From contig NC_047028.1 of assembly GCF_902652985.1 (NCBI RefSeq), forward strand, positions 10,664,001 to 10,728,000: 64,000 nucleotides of DNA, given 5' to 3'. A program made the translations under genes and the position numbers. Of the stretch, positions 36,373 to 47,900 are shown piece by piece. The first letter of the stretch is position 1; each line of letters opens with the position of its first letter. This stretch comes from Pecten maximus. Its lineage: Eukaryota. The notes beneath the pieces are model-generated. The model was not told where the DNA came from and did not search any database. It was given only the letters and a program-made list of their open reading frames with translations.

Positions 36373-38034
36373 CTACGACTTGGATTGTGAAGGAGGAAAT
36401 AGAAACACATTTTTATGTTTGATTGAACGATTATCCAGCTTTTTTATCATAAACGACACTACCGTTCTCTGAGATGCATGGGCTGCAGTTTGCAGAATAC
36501 TATCGATATAGTCCATGCCTTTGACAGACGTCACGTGTGCACAAGATGGTGAGAGCCACGCATGCGTTGCCATCACATTTTGACCATGCTTTATAGAGGT
36601 CAGTCCTAAACCACACGAATAACACGTAAAGGCATCACCACACCCCGTATAGCTAAATCCAGCCTCTGCTATTTCATTGATTAGCTTCTGTCGATCAAAC
36701 GAATGTGCGCTGCCTTTTGGCATTTTATCAAGGGAAAATGATTCAAATGATTTTACTCTAGCTTCAAAGGTCCTATACGTCTCATTAACAAGATGTTTGC
36801 CCTTTTGAAATGACGTTTTCGCATTCTTGATAAAATCGTCTGTCTGATTCTGCCTGACAAAAGGACACAGCTGATTGAGTGCAGCATGCGTGACCAAGGG
36901 GTTGTCATCCTGTCGCCAGCTGATCACGAATCTTCCACATGCGAAACAAGTAGTAAACAGAGGTGCCCCACTGAAGAAAAATCCTGCTTTGGCAAGTGAT
37001 TCTGTCTTTGGAACCAGATCGTTTTCATGGAATACTGGAAATGAATCATAACGCGTTTTTTCGTCGGCATAATCAGGGAATTTGATGGCATGGTTCGGTG
37101 ACTTCTCGGTAGAGATCTGGTACATTGTTTTAATCCATAACTGTCTGATGTAATCCTGATCATTAAGGCGACCGTTTAACGTGCACCCGAGAATAAACAC
37201 TACTCCTGCCCGCCGGAGAGAAGAAACGTCCATTATATTTCCACAAAGAGAAGCGAAAGCACTATCAAATTCAGTAAGGTCCATATTGGTTTTGATTGTA
37301 TCTTTGTCGTAAATTAGACTAACCGTTGTATTGGATGTACATAACATGGAACATTCGCCGCACACTTTAGTAATACCCAAAGAACTATGTTTCTGACTGT
37401 GCTTTAGAAATTCGTCCATATCTATACGAAGGACCTCGCTAATAATCTCCACAACGACACCATAAACGTTGAACAACATAAAAGGAAGATCCAAGCCATG
37501 CTGATGTAGGCTTTGTGTTACATTCGTAGCCCCAAGCAAATGACTGAAGGATGGCTGCTTGTAACGTAAATGCCGTATCAAGTGTACCTGCCATCCATCA
37601 TGTTCGGAATCTACTATCTTTGTAGATGCAAGACAGGCCAGGTCATCTTCAAGGAAAACAGAACTATTTAAACGCAAACAAACAACGTTGCTTTTCGATA
37701 CCCGACGTAAAGCTAATGATGGAAAGTATGAGAGGATGGAGTGATTTCTAAATGGAATAGACAGCATGAACAGAATTTTATCAGTATGATCTAAAAGATA
37801 TTCAAAGTTATGGAATATTCTCTGTTCTACAAAGTTGTCTTCCAGTGTGAAACATTCTATGCCGTCGTCTGTTAAGAGGGGCCTCAACTCCTTTTTGACA
37901 AACTCCAAGTCATGGTCATGATAAACGACGAATACCTTAGGCCCCCGAACGTCAGCTGGAAGAACTAAGGCGGTGCTATCCTCAGGAGAAAAACTTTCCC
38001 TGTTTACAGGTAAAGACGAAATATATGACCCCAT
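36373..38034 (-). CDS. TIR-like domain plus two BIR domains (IAP-family fusion protein), copy 2, 553 aa
   Basis: Same length and motifs as copy 1; about 23 substitutions by manual count (~96% identity); all eight Zn ligands retained. Confidence 0.9.
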   Translation of the reverse strand: MGSYISSLPVNRESFSPEDSTALVLPADVRGPKVFVVYHDHDLEFVKKELRPLLTDDGIECFTLEDNFVEQRIFHNFEYLLDHTDKILFMLSIPFRNHSILSYFPSLALRRVSKSNVVCLRLNSSVFLEDDLACLASTKIVDSEHDGWQVHLIRHLRYKQPSFSHLLGATNVTQSLHQHGLDLPFMLFNVYGVVVEIISEVLRIDMDEFLKHSQKHSSLGITKVCGECSMLCTSNTTVSLIYDKDTIKTNMDLTEFDSAFASLCGNIMDVSSLRRAGVVFILGCTLNGRLNDQDYIRQLWIKTMYQISTEKSPNHAIKFPDYADEKTRYDSFPVFHENDLVPKTESLAKAGFFFSGAPLFTTCFACGRFVISWRQDDNPLVTHAALNQLCPFVRQNQTDDFIKNAKTSFQKGKHLVNETYRTFEARVKSFESFSLDKMPKGSAHSFDRQKLINEIAEAGFSYTGCGDAFTCYSCGLGLTSIKHGQNVMATHAWLSPSCAHVTSVKGMDYIDSILQTAAHASQRTVVSFMIKKLDNRSIKHKNVFLFPPSQSKS

Positions 38035-39300
38035 AACAGCACTGGTACTGTATGCTGGTCACTAGTCCAGGTTTTCTCTGTAAAAATATAGTATAACAAT
38101 GTTTTAAACGTTTTAAACAGTGATTGGTACAATATTTGGTAGTGTTTGATATAGTGTTTGGTACAATATTTGGTAGTGTTTGATACAGTATTTGGTACAA
38201 TGTATAGTACAGTGTTTTGTAAATTGCTTGGATCATTATATAGTGCACTGTTTGCTATCATACGTGTACAATCACTTATCAAACATTTAAAGCGTTTACA
38301 TCTGCAAAATTGGCAACAAGAAATCGACTGTTATTATAGAATACTTAAATTAATTATTTATGTATTTGTGGTTCAGTTGGTCTTGATTTGCGTAAGATTG
38401 TAATACCTAATAATTTGAAAAGTATCTGTCTTCAATATCTGTTAGACACATACATTTCAAACAAGCAAAACATGTTTTCGGTTTTTGTTTTTTGGTTTTT
38501 TTCCCCCCCGTTTGTTGTTGTTGTCGTCTTTTAATTCCACTTTATATTCTACGTAGCTAACATCAGCCAAATTAAAGGGAGATGCATATGATGACCTTAA
38601 TCCATATGCTATCTGAAGAGTATTAACGCCATTCATTATTATTGTAAAAAAGAAGCTGCAGTGTCGTACAATCTCTGTTTTGAAATGCTAAATTTTATTG
38701 TATTAATCATAAAAATGTATTCAACGATACCCGGAAATTTTAATATTGTTAAAAGACGTTTATATACCAATCACAGGTCATTATTTTGTATCGAATGTTG
38801 ATCTTACCCTTGTAAAGTCTAATAATTGATTTTGATAATCGTGTTAGCGCAAACCCAAATGCAAGTTCTTGTAGAATGTCAAGCTGGGCGTCTCTTGGTA
38901 GTTTTGGTTGTTTTCATACTGCTCGCCCTACTTAAACTAATATATATCAATTTTATATATATCAATGTCCCTGAAACTCTTGTGATATGGTGTATAATGA
39001 CGATATCAGAGAGATATTTTTCGGAATTTGATTACAGGAATATAAATTATTACATTTGAAATTAGTTTTTGTGACTGGGCAAACTATATAGATGCACGGA
39101 AATATCAAACACATTTTGATGAAAATTATGTAATGCATGCATTGAAATCAGATTTTTGAAAACAATACATTTAACAAATTTTTTAGAAGCAAGAATCAGT
39201 AAAGCATAAACGCCTTAATACTAAAATTTCAGTCTCTTAATAACTAGTTTTGTTACATCACTGACCTTATTGGTTAACTCAACCACGTTTTGTGTAAACA

Positions 39301-39323
39301 GGAAATTCCCACTCCTTTAAATA
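39301..39323 (-). promoter_or_regulatory. Putative promoter of TIR-BIR copy 2: TATA-like box and NF-kB site
   Basis: Same TATTTAAAGGAGTGGGAATTTCC block as copy 1. Confidence 0.5.
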
Positions 39324-41312
39324 GAAAACATAATCACGCTTCCGGTTCGGTTGACTAAACCGGCTATTGTTAAGCTTGAATTGTTCGTCGTGTATGTAGT
39401 GTATTGATCGTCTTGGCGTATGTGTTACTACTGTAACCCTGACTGAGCGACTCGTCATGTATTTGTGTACTGTATAATTTATTATTACTTGCACAATACA
39501 CATAGTTTACCATTGACAATGCTATTAAAACCAAATTTTAGACAACTAGTTTATACCTATATCAATACAATGTAGTTACCAGATAAATCAAATTTTAGAC
39601 AACTAGTTTATACCTACGTCCATAGTTACCAGAAACACGAAATCCAGCTTCTGTCACGTTTGTAAACTACCGACATAGCTCCCCGGTTATTATGTCTATA
39701 CCATGCCTGCTTTACATTCAAAATAAACCTGACAGATATCTTAATATTGTACCGTAGCTAACATAGTCTTAAAGCTTGACAACATATACTTACTTTTTTG
39801 TAGCGATGTTCCAATCCCGATTATAATGGTATGTGTTCATCCCCTCGATTATTTGGATGCCATACACCATCATGATTAAAATAATGTTAGATATTTCACA
39901 GAAGTAGAAATGTAAGGATTAAACACGGATATTCCCTCCTTTCTCGATACAGACGTGTCACAGTCTATAGAACACAAAGGGCCTTCACGTTATGTTAATA
40001 ATTGGCAGATAAAAATGTCGATAATGCTGAATGTTAAACCAGGTGTAACAGTGTATGACACATACAGTTTGTAAACGGTGTTGCCAGTTATATATGTATA
40101 CCCACTATACCACTCCATATAGCCAGTCTCGCCTGTCCTATGGATTGCATGCATCTAAATATCTTGTGATCAAAAAATTTAAGATTATAATAGAAACGAA
40201 ATGTGAATTTTAAAATAATTTGGTTTTAATTACTTATGCTTTAGGTTAGCGAATCGTAGCAATTATTTACGATGAAACTTTGATGTTGCACTAAATACTG
40301 ATCACAATATTTTTATTTAGACATTTTTTATTTCTTTCACTTCAGCTCATTTTATGTGGTAATTTAGATTTCCCAATAAATTCGCGGGAAATGAATTTGA
40401 TGACGTAACCGGAAGCCCACATGCTATTAGAACTTGACCCGGAAAACATGCATGACGATAATAAAAACAGAAGATCATTGAACGTTATACCGGATTATTT
40501 TCGCATTTTTTGAGACACCAATGTACTAAAATACAACGGAAGGTAACACTGATTTTGTTCATTGCTATCGTATAAAGTAAAACGAACAGTTATTGCGAAA
40601 ATAGCATTTGCGTCACCTACTACTGTAGTTGGGCTAGACCTACTTTCGTTTTACAGCTTACAGATATGGTCGTATAAATAATTCATCTTCTCAACCATAG
40701 TCGATCTAATTGCTTATCAGCGGGATTGTTCTATTAAGAATATTTGTACTTCTCATGTACAGTGCATCTTTGTTTAAAATTGACTGGTCTGCGGGTCTGA
40801 TATGACTACCCTCATAATCAGCCGACCACAGGGTCACGTTACTATCGTATCCCTTAGTAAACACTTCATAATAAATGACTATGTCTGTATCTACGGCAGA
40901 TTCGTCTGTATTACTAAAATTTTCTACCTACTTGCAGAGACGTGTATATGGGACGTTGTGTCTCCATTGACTAAATACTTCTGTTTACACACAGGGACTT
41001 GATAATTAGTTACAGTCTACATGTATTTGGACCCCCCCACCCCCCCCCCCTCCCCCCTCCTAGTGTATAGCACATTTTGAGACGTTTTGGGGGGCTTGAT
41101 TAGAATTTGGCAAAAATGACATCCCGGGTGGTCAGAATTCGAAGGGGGGAGCCCTATGACTCGAGCTCATACAATTCATTGTAACCTGTCTTTGTACTCT
41201 ATGACTCATAACCTGTCACAGGTTTACTGGATATGAGTTACAGGGTAAACAGACATACATGTACATGTATCAAGTGTGTCACAGGTTATAACAGAAGAAA
41301 GAGAAAACTAAG

Positions 41313-41582
41313 TAGCGAGACCAGGGTTCGAACCCAGGACCCACTGAGCTACCTGGTCGCCGCTGATCAACCCAGTCCAGTTCCGCAACATTCCTCCCTC
41401 CTTTTATCAAATCTTCACCCCAAAAGACAACAGGTTCGGATATCCCGTTGCTTTAGCATCCTCCCAAAGGATTTGCAAGCTCGCTAAATATGTAACAGAA
41501 GAAAGATAGTAGCCAGACAGGGGTTCGAACACGAGACCCTGCAAACTCTACACATACACTTTACCACTGAGCTACCTGGTCG
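41313..41582 (-). repeat. Two tandem tRNA-derived (pseudo-tRNA or SINE head) units
   Basis: Minus strand GCGACCAGGTAGCTCAGTGG...GTTCGAACCC...GCTA occurs twice; the copy at 41313-41360 lacks the anticodon arm. Confidence 0.6.
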
Positions 41583-44500
41583 CTGGTGCACTAATACATG
41601 TTTGATGAGTCTGCGGTATGTTCGTGTTTGTCTCCTTTGGTATACACTTGTATATTACCGGTAATGTGGAAAACTTTTAAATTTTTTAAGATTGTTCCAG
41701 CACTGGCAACCTGTCTTTCCCTTGGTTGTCATTTAGCTTAAGAAGATATTTATCAATTTAATCTCTTTCATTTGATCATATAAAAACAGTGAATATTTCC
41801 CCAAATATTAAGTGTAATTGCTTTACACATACCCGTACCTTGTATTACTGACCACGATTGATGTTTAAACGGGAATGGACTACACATTCTTATCAAATAT
41901 CTGCATTACCTAAAACACTGAATTTTTTGGGAAAAAAAGCATGCAAGATTATTTTTGAGTCAGTCAGGTTAGTAGAGAAAGTTTTACTGTATTTGACATA
42001 TTAGCCGAAGTCATGAAAATGTGAAATTAAAAAAAAAATTGGTTATTGAAGATCAGAGAAATGTCAACAACAAATTTAAAAAGAATGGAATTGGGTTTTT
42101 CTCGGTCAGTTCTGATGGCCTGTGTAAACACGTTATGAAGATATAAAGTTCATTTTACACAATTGCCTGCTTCGATTGTCTATCTTTTAAAATTAAGTTC
42201 ATCTGTGTATATTTTTATTTTTTGAGGGGTTTTGTTTTATAAATCCTTGCAACAACTTTTTAAGTCATGTAGAATATGATTCTTGACAACTTGACTACAG
42301 TAAGAATTTAGCATTCAAAATCCATTGCGCTCCACACCATATTGTTTGTTGACAGTGACATTTTCACAGTTATTACATTACTTAATTAGAATACTGTGTT
42401 ATATATTTCTTGAATCCACTCGAATATAGAAATATTTCCTTCATTTTCCAAATCTGTAATTGAAATAATTGTAGAATATACATGTATGTGTTTGCAGTAA
42501 TAAGAAAATATTTTTTATTAATATTAACATATTTGGTGCATCAATCCAAAAATACTTGTTGACATATACTGCATTACTTTTGGTCGGATTTCAATACACA
42601 GAATGTAAGATTTTATTAATCAATAGATCTGGCAACCTCACCTTCTAACAGGTCAAAGACCTTTGATATGAGACTAATTAATGAGTATTCAGAGTTTCCT
42701 CTTGCCCCACCACCGGAAGTTAGACACTGACAAGCTCTCATACAGTTGTTGACTTGAGTTTAGGAACACATTCTCAAATGACAGATGATCATATGCTAAA
42801 TTAAGGGTTGGATTTTCACTAACTTGAAGAGTTGTGCCCCTTTGTTTTCTTTCCTATACATCTTATTCTAGCAGATTGACATTCATATTTGTTTCCAATT
42901 GTTCTACACCTCATTATATACATCTGATGACATTTGAAAGTGGGTGAAAAATGGAATAGGTTATTGTATTGAGTCACATTGACTTCATTTCTCCCAATTC
43001 ATCCAGTTCAAGAAATCTGGAAAATCCATTTTAGTTTCCATGTAGGTAAGATTTTAACATTTTATTGTTATGGTTGTTTTGCTTTCTATTGTTGGGGCAG
43101 AGGGCATATTCATATAAATCAGATATATAACTCCTATATAACATGGTTTACACTTGGTTATTTGTATACTTAAAATTTGTTTCCTTTCTTTTGTTAATAT
43201 CTCTGTGGTTATAACTTCTAGTCTCTCACATGAGTCTTTACACTTCCTTCTAGTAAATATCTTCAAAAGTTTCTTCTTATTTCTTTCTGTTTCCAGTTTC
43301 CTTTTGGTTAAAAAATTGTCATATTTAGTGGATTTTGAGAATTGGTTGATTTTCAAAATTTGCATTTGTTTTGCAATACATATACATCAATATTTTGCAT
43401 GCCTCTGTAACATATATATATAGAAATGTGCTGCTTCTTCCTTTTTAACAATAATTTCAATAAAATCTTTAGTTTGGTTAACACTTCCTATAATGTTGTT
43501 GAACATTTTGAATTGGTGGATCTGTCAGATCAGCACATATTCAGCACAGTAGTCCAAGATAACATTCCGGTTTAATTGTTTTTCTTCTGTATGGCTAACT
43601 TTATGATCTTTTCAAACTTGGTCTTGGGCATTATTTGGCTGGTCTGATTGTTGTTTAAGAATCTTGAGGCACTATGCTGGCTCCCAAGGAGGAGGGGTGG
43701 GACACAAAAGGACAATTCAACAATTTAATAGCACATGCATTCTGTAGTGATGGTCCCAAATCTTGAATGCTACCAGGTTTGTTTTTTTAAAAGGAAGGAC
43801 CTTTACCTTCATTAAAGACCACTGGCGCCAGGCGTGCAAAAAAACTTGAAAATCTTCAACTGAATAACCTTGAGGCCAAGATACCTTGTATTGGGCCTGT
43901 AGTATGCTGATGAAGTGATACAAAATTCAAGGTCACAGCCATCAAAAATGTTTAAATGTTTAAACCCTTTTTTTCTCAGTATCAAAAAAAGGTCCAGAGA
44001 AGAAGGTGATTCATACAGGCCCATATGGCCTCTTATTTGGTTGCTGCACAATTCCTTAAGTACTCTTTCATACTCGGATGTCAAAGGTCAATGTCACTAT
44101 TTCTGTCAAATGAAAACCAGTTGCTTGGAATACGACATGTAGCTTAAGATTTGAAAGACAAATGTTAAAGATAATGTAACTATAGATAGAAAAATACTGC
44201 AGATATCAATGAAAGACCATACTTTCCCTACATGAAAAAAGTATTAGAACCCAATGCTACTGGCATGGTCACACAATACTTCTTTTATATATTCTTTACA
44301 TGGATGGATAACGGCAGCATTTTAAATACTTTAATATATAAATACTTATTATCGGTTAGCTTGTAATAATAATAATGTTTAGGTCAAACAAAACAAATTA
44401 TGATGTTTTCCCGTCTCGTATCAATTTGAAAAAAACAAACGCACTCTCATTAAGTACACATTTTATCTAATAGATTTGGACAAAATTAATCGTGTGCCTT

Positions 44501-44951
44501 ATATGATAACTATCAAAGACAAAATTGTATCACTCTACATCCAATAGCTGTCGCATTAGTATCTGCCTTGATAAATAGGCCAGAAACAATATTTATCATT
44601 GGTATGTCTATATAGTATATTGTAGAGTAGCCTATTCCTGTATTAAATCAATAATGATTACTCTTTTTGTCGGATGTGTAAATATTGAACTATGGTTAGT
44701 CAGAAGAGTGTATACATTCCAAAACAATAATATTAATGTATTTCTGTTTATAAAATTACAATATCACTTGAGCAAATACCACATGGACTGCTAGGTTTGA
44801 TACTGCAGTTTCATTTCTTCAAATGTTCACTGCCTTGTTGATACTTGAATCATGAAATATATGATCATATCAAATACCCCAAATATGGATGGAATCGTCA
44901 GTGTTTTCAATAATAGAAGTCAATATTATAAGTCGATGAAGTTAATGTTGA

Positions 44952-47900
44952 TCACATTCCAATTTCAGGACTCAGGTACGTAGATGCCGTATCTGGGGAT
45001 TCAGCACTACATGGCGACGTAACTTCCTTTGGACAGTAATTTCCTCCTATAGGTACAGTCAGTTTCAGAATATGTTTGAATGCCGCTTTGGATCGCTGAA
45101 AGTTTGTCACAGGAGATACGTCACTTCCTGTTTCTGTTGTGTTCGGCGACAGGTTACTACAGATTTCACCAGTCATGTCCTGTGGTATAATGATGCTTAT
45201 ATTACTGCTACAAGTTTGCAAGTGTCTATAGGGAAAACTATATGTGAGTTTACCGGGTATGTGGTACCCAGGCAGGTAGCCATCGTGGTTAAAGGAAGGC
45301 CTGTTTGTGTAAGAATTTGTCCCCGTGACACTATCGATACTGTCCCTCCGTCGAATACACGGAGGCAATCTTTTCTGCAATTCAGAAAAAAAGTTATCCC
45401 GCCTCATATCAATATGTTTTAATCGTTTAAAAAGTTTACTTTCTGTAAACGAACACGATGTATTTTGATGTGTATTTGTGTCCAGAATGGTTATCCTGAA
45501 ATAATTTTTGTGCTGCACCATGCTGTTAAATATATTTTCGTGAACTTTTTCTTCTACTGAATAGTTCGGAATAAAAAACACAACATCACTGTTCTTTATG
45601 GTATTGATTTCTGCAGTAGAAGCACCTGAAAAAGAAGCAAAGAACATGCCGTAAGTCACCATGACCCGTTTGAAGTGGTTATGCCAATTACGAAAAGTTA
45701 ATGCCATCTACATGGTATTTACCTTTGACTTATGTTTAAGAAACGGCAGTGTTGTCGGATGAAGCATTCATGCAACATTATACATATATTTATGAATATT
45801 ATGAAGGTGAAATTTCATTTCCTATTGGTCTTGATATCAACAAGTTTTTTTCTTGTCACGAGGAAGCCTTTTCCTTCATATCTGACTTTGAGGACACCTT
45901 GTCTTCACAGAGTTTCAACTGATTGATAAAGCATTTTACCTCCACCCGTTAAATCAGCAGAACAGACAACTTTAAGTGACGGTTGTGCGTAGGTCATCAG
46001 TATGTCGTACAATTTCTTAGCTGGGGAGACATCTTCATCACAGTGGCAGATGTACACTTGCTTGTCACTTCCAATGGACTTGCTATTGCCTAATGATACC
46101 AAATTTTCCACGAATGTTAAATTCATCGTTTTATAATGCAGTAATCTTTAAATTGTACAATGAGTTGCTGTTGGTTTTCAAATCTAGATGTTAAATTCAA
46201 TATGAATAAATCCAAAGATTATTTATGAAGAAATAAAAATACATCAGAAATATGAATATATCTTTTTACAAAACTTCAAGGTCAGAAACATCCTGAATAA
46301 AATAAACATTGAAATCATGTGTAAATACATTCACTAAATTCGAAGGTTTGACATAATTACAATTTCAAAATGCAAAGTAAAATAAGGTCAGATATTCATT
46401 TTGCACAACTCAAATTAAGATATTGAGTGTTTGATAAAACTTAAAGCTACGAAACCATTAACACTGTAATGTGTTTGTTCCGCTTGCCCATTTTGTCCCC
46501 TTATCTGAATTTCCAATCTTTGGCCCCTGGAGTAATTGACGTGTTAACAAAAATAAAATACCCGTGTGATGTATAGGAATTTGAAGTATATTTTGGTAAA
46601 TATATGGCATGTATCTATTGCTAATTTCAAATTTAAATATTTGCGCTATCTCAGCAAGGAACTGCCTTTAGTTGGAATTATGAGAAAGATGAATGTCAAC
46701 AAAGGTAGTTTTAATGATTGCTTGTTTTTTGTTTGATGTGTTATCTTAACCCCATTTTATTATTTATTTATTTTTCTGAATTGCAATACTCTCGATTAAT
46801 GAAGAATGCATCCAAATATGAAAACTTACCTGTTATCGACATTACGAAGGTCATCTCTGACAACACTGTGACATGCAGCTTGCTCCTGATTAATGCAGTG
46901 ACTAACAGAAAACCCAAAATAGTCACGACCGAAAGGGGTAACAATACAGTCTTTAGAAGGTACGTCACAGTGCTGTCCTGGTCTGATGATCTGTACTGCA
47001 CCTCTGTGTGACAGAACAGAACAGACATTTAGACACACCAGCGACATCGTATACACCAAATGTTAGAAAATGCATACAATAACGTTGAAATAAATACCTA
47101 ATGAACACAAGCATACATTATATAACATAATCTTTCCGTCCTAAATGATTCTTTTAGGATGAAAACTACACACCACATATACATAATTTTCAGATAATTT
47201 CTAGAAACACAAACCAAATGTGATCAGATACGATGAACGTTAAAGAACACCGTCAAGTTTGGACCGTAAATATCGTAAATTATATGATTACGACTTATAA
47301 AAATACAACGAAGATAAAATCATCCTCATTGAATTGTATATAAACAACGTCCTGGAGGTGGTGGTCAGATCTTCCAACAGACTAGAGGAATACTAATTGG
47401 AACACACTGTGACCTCAGTTAGCTGTCTTGTTCGTGTTTTCATACGATTGAAGACCTCATCGGAATATGTAAGAAAGGCATTACAAAATCCTTCCCTTTT
47501 ACCAATACATAATTACATTGACGGCATATTGTACTTAAATAGCAAACATTCCATTGACCATGCCGATCAGATATACTCTGTAGAAACTGAATTAAAATAC
47601 GATACAGACTATTTGACATCAGCTGCCTATACCGATCTCTACTGACAATGTAAGCAACAGCTGAGCTGTGTGATCAATGTGGCTATTAAAATTTCCTTAT
47701 TGTTAAGTTTCGTGACAGGAGAAACCAATACGATTTCAAGAAATGCATTTTAGTAAGATCATGTAGAAGTTTAATGGTCTGCATAATGATTTCATTTAGA
47801 AATATTCTATTTCCTCATTCAATACGACGTTGTTGATGCTGGTTGATATGCTTATTGCCTGTTTCATCATCCTCAACCTTTATAACTTTCACTTGAAATT

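Larger units (their letters stand above)
35894..46793. repeat. Segmental tandem duplication, copy 2 (contains about 4.2 kb at 40162-44363 that copy 1 lacks)
   Basis: Offset to copy 1 is 7232 bp across the TIR-BIR CDS and 11022 bp across the receptor exons. Confidence 0.9.
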
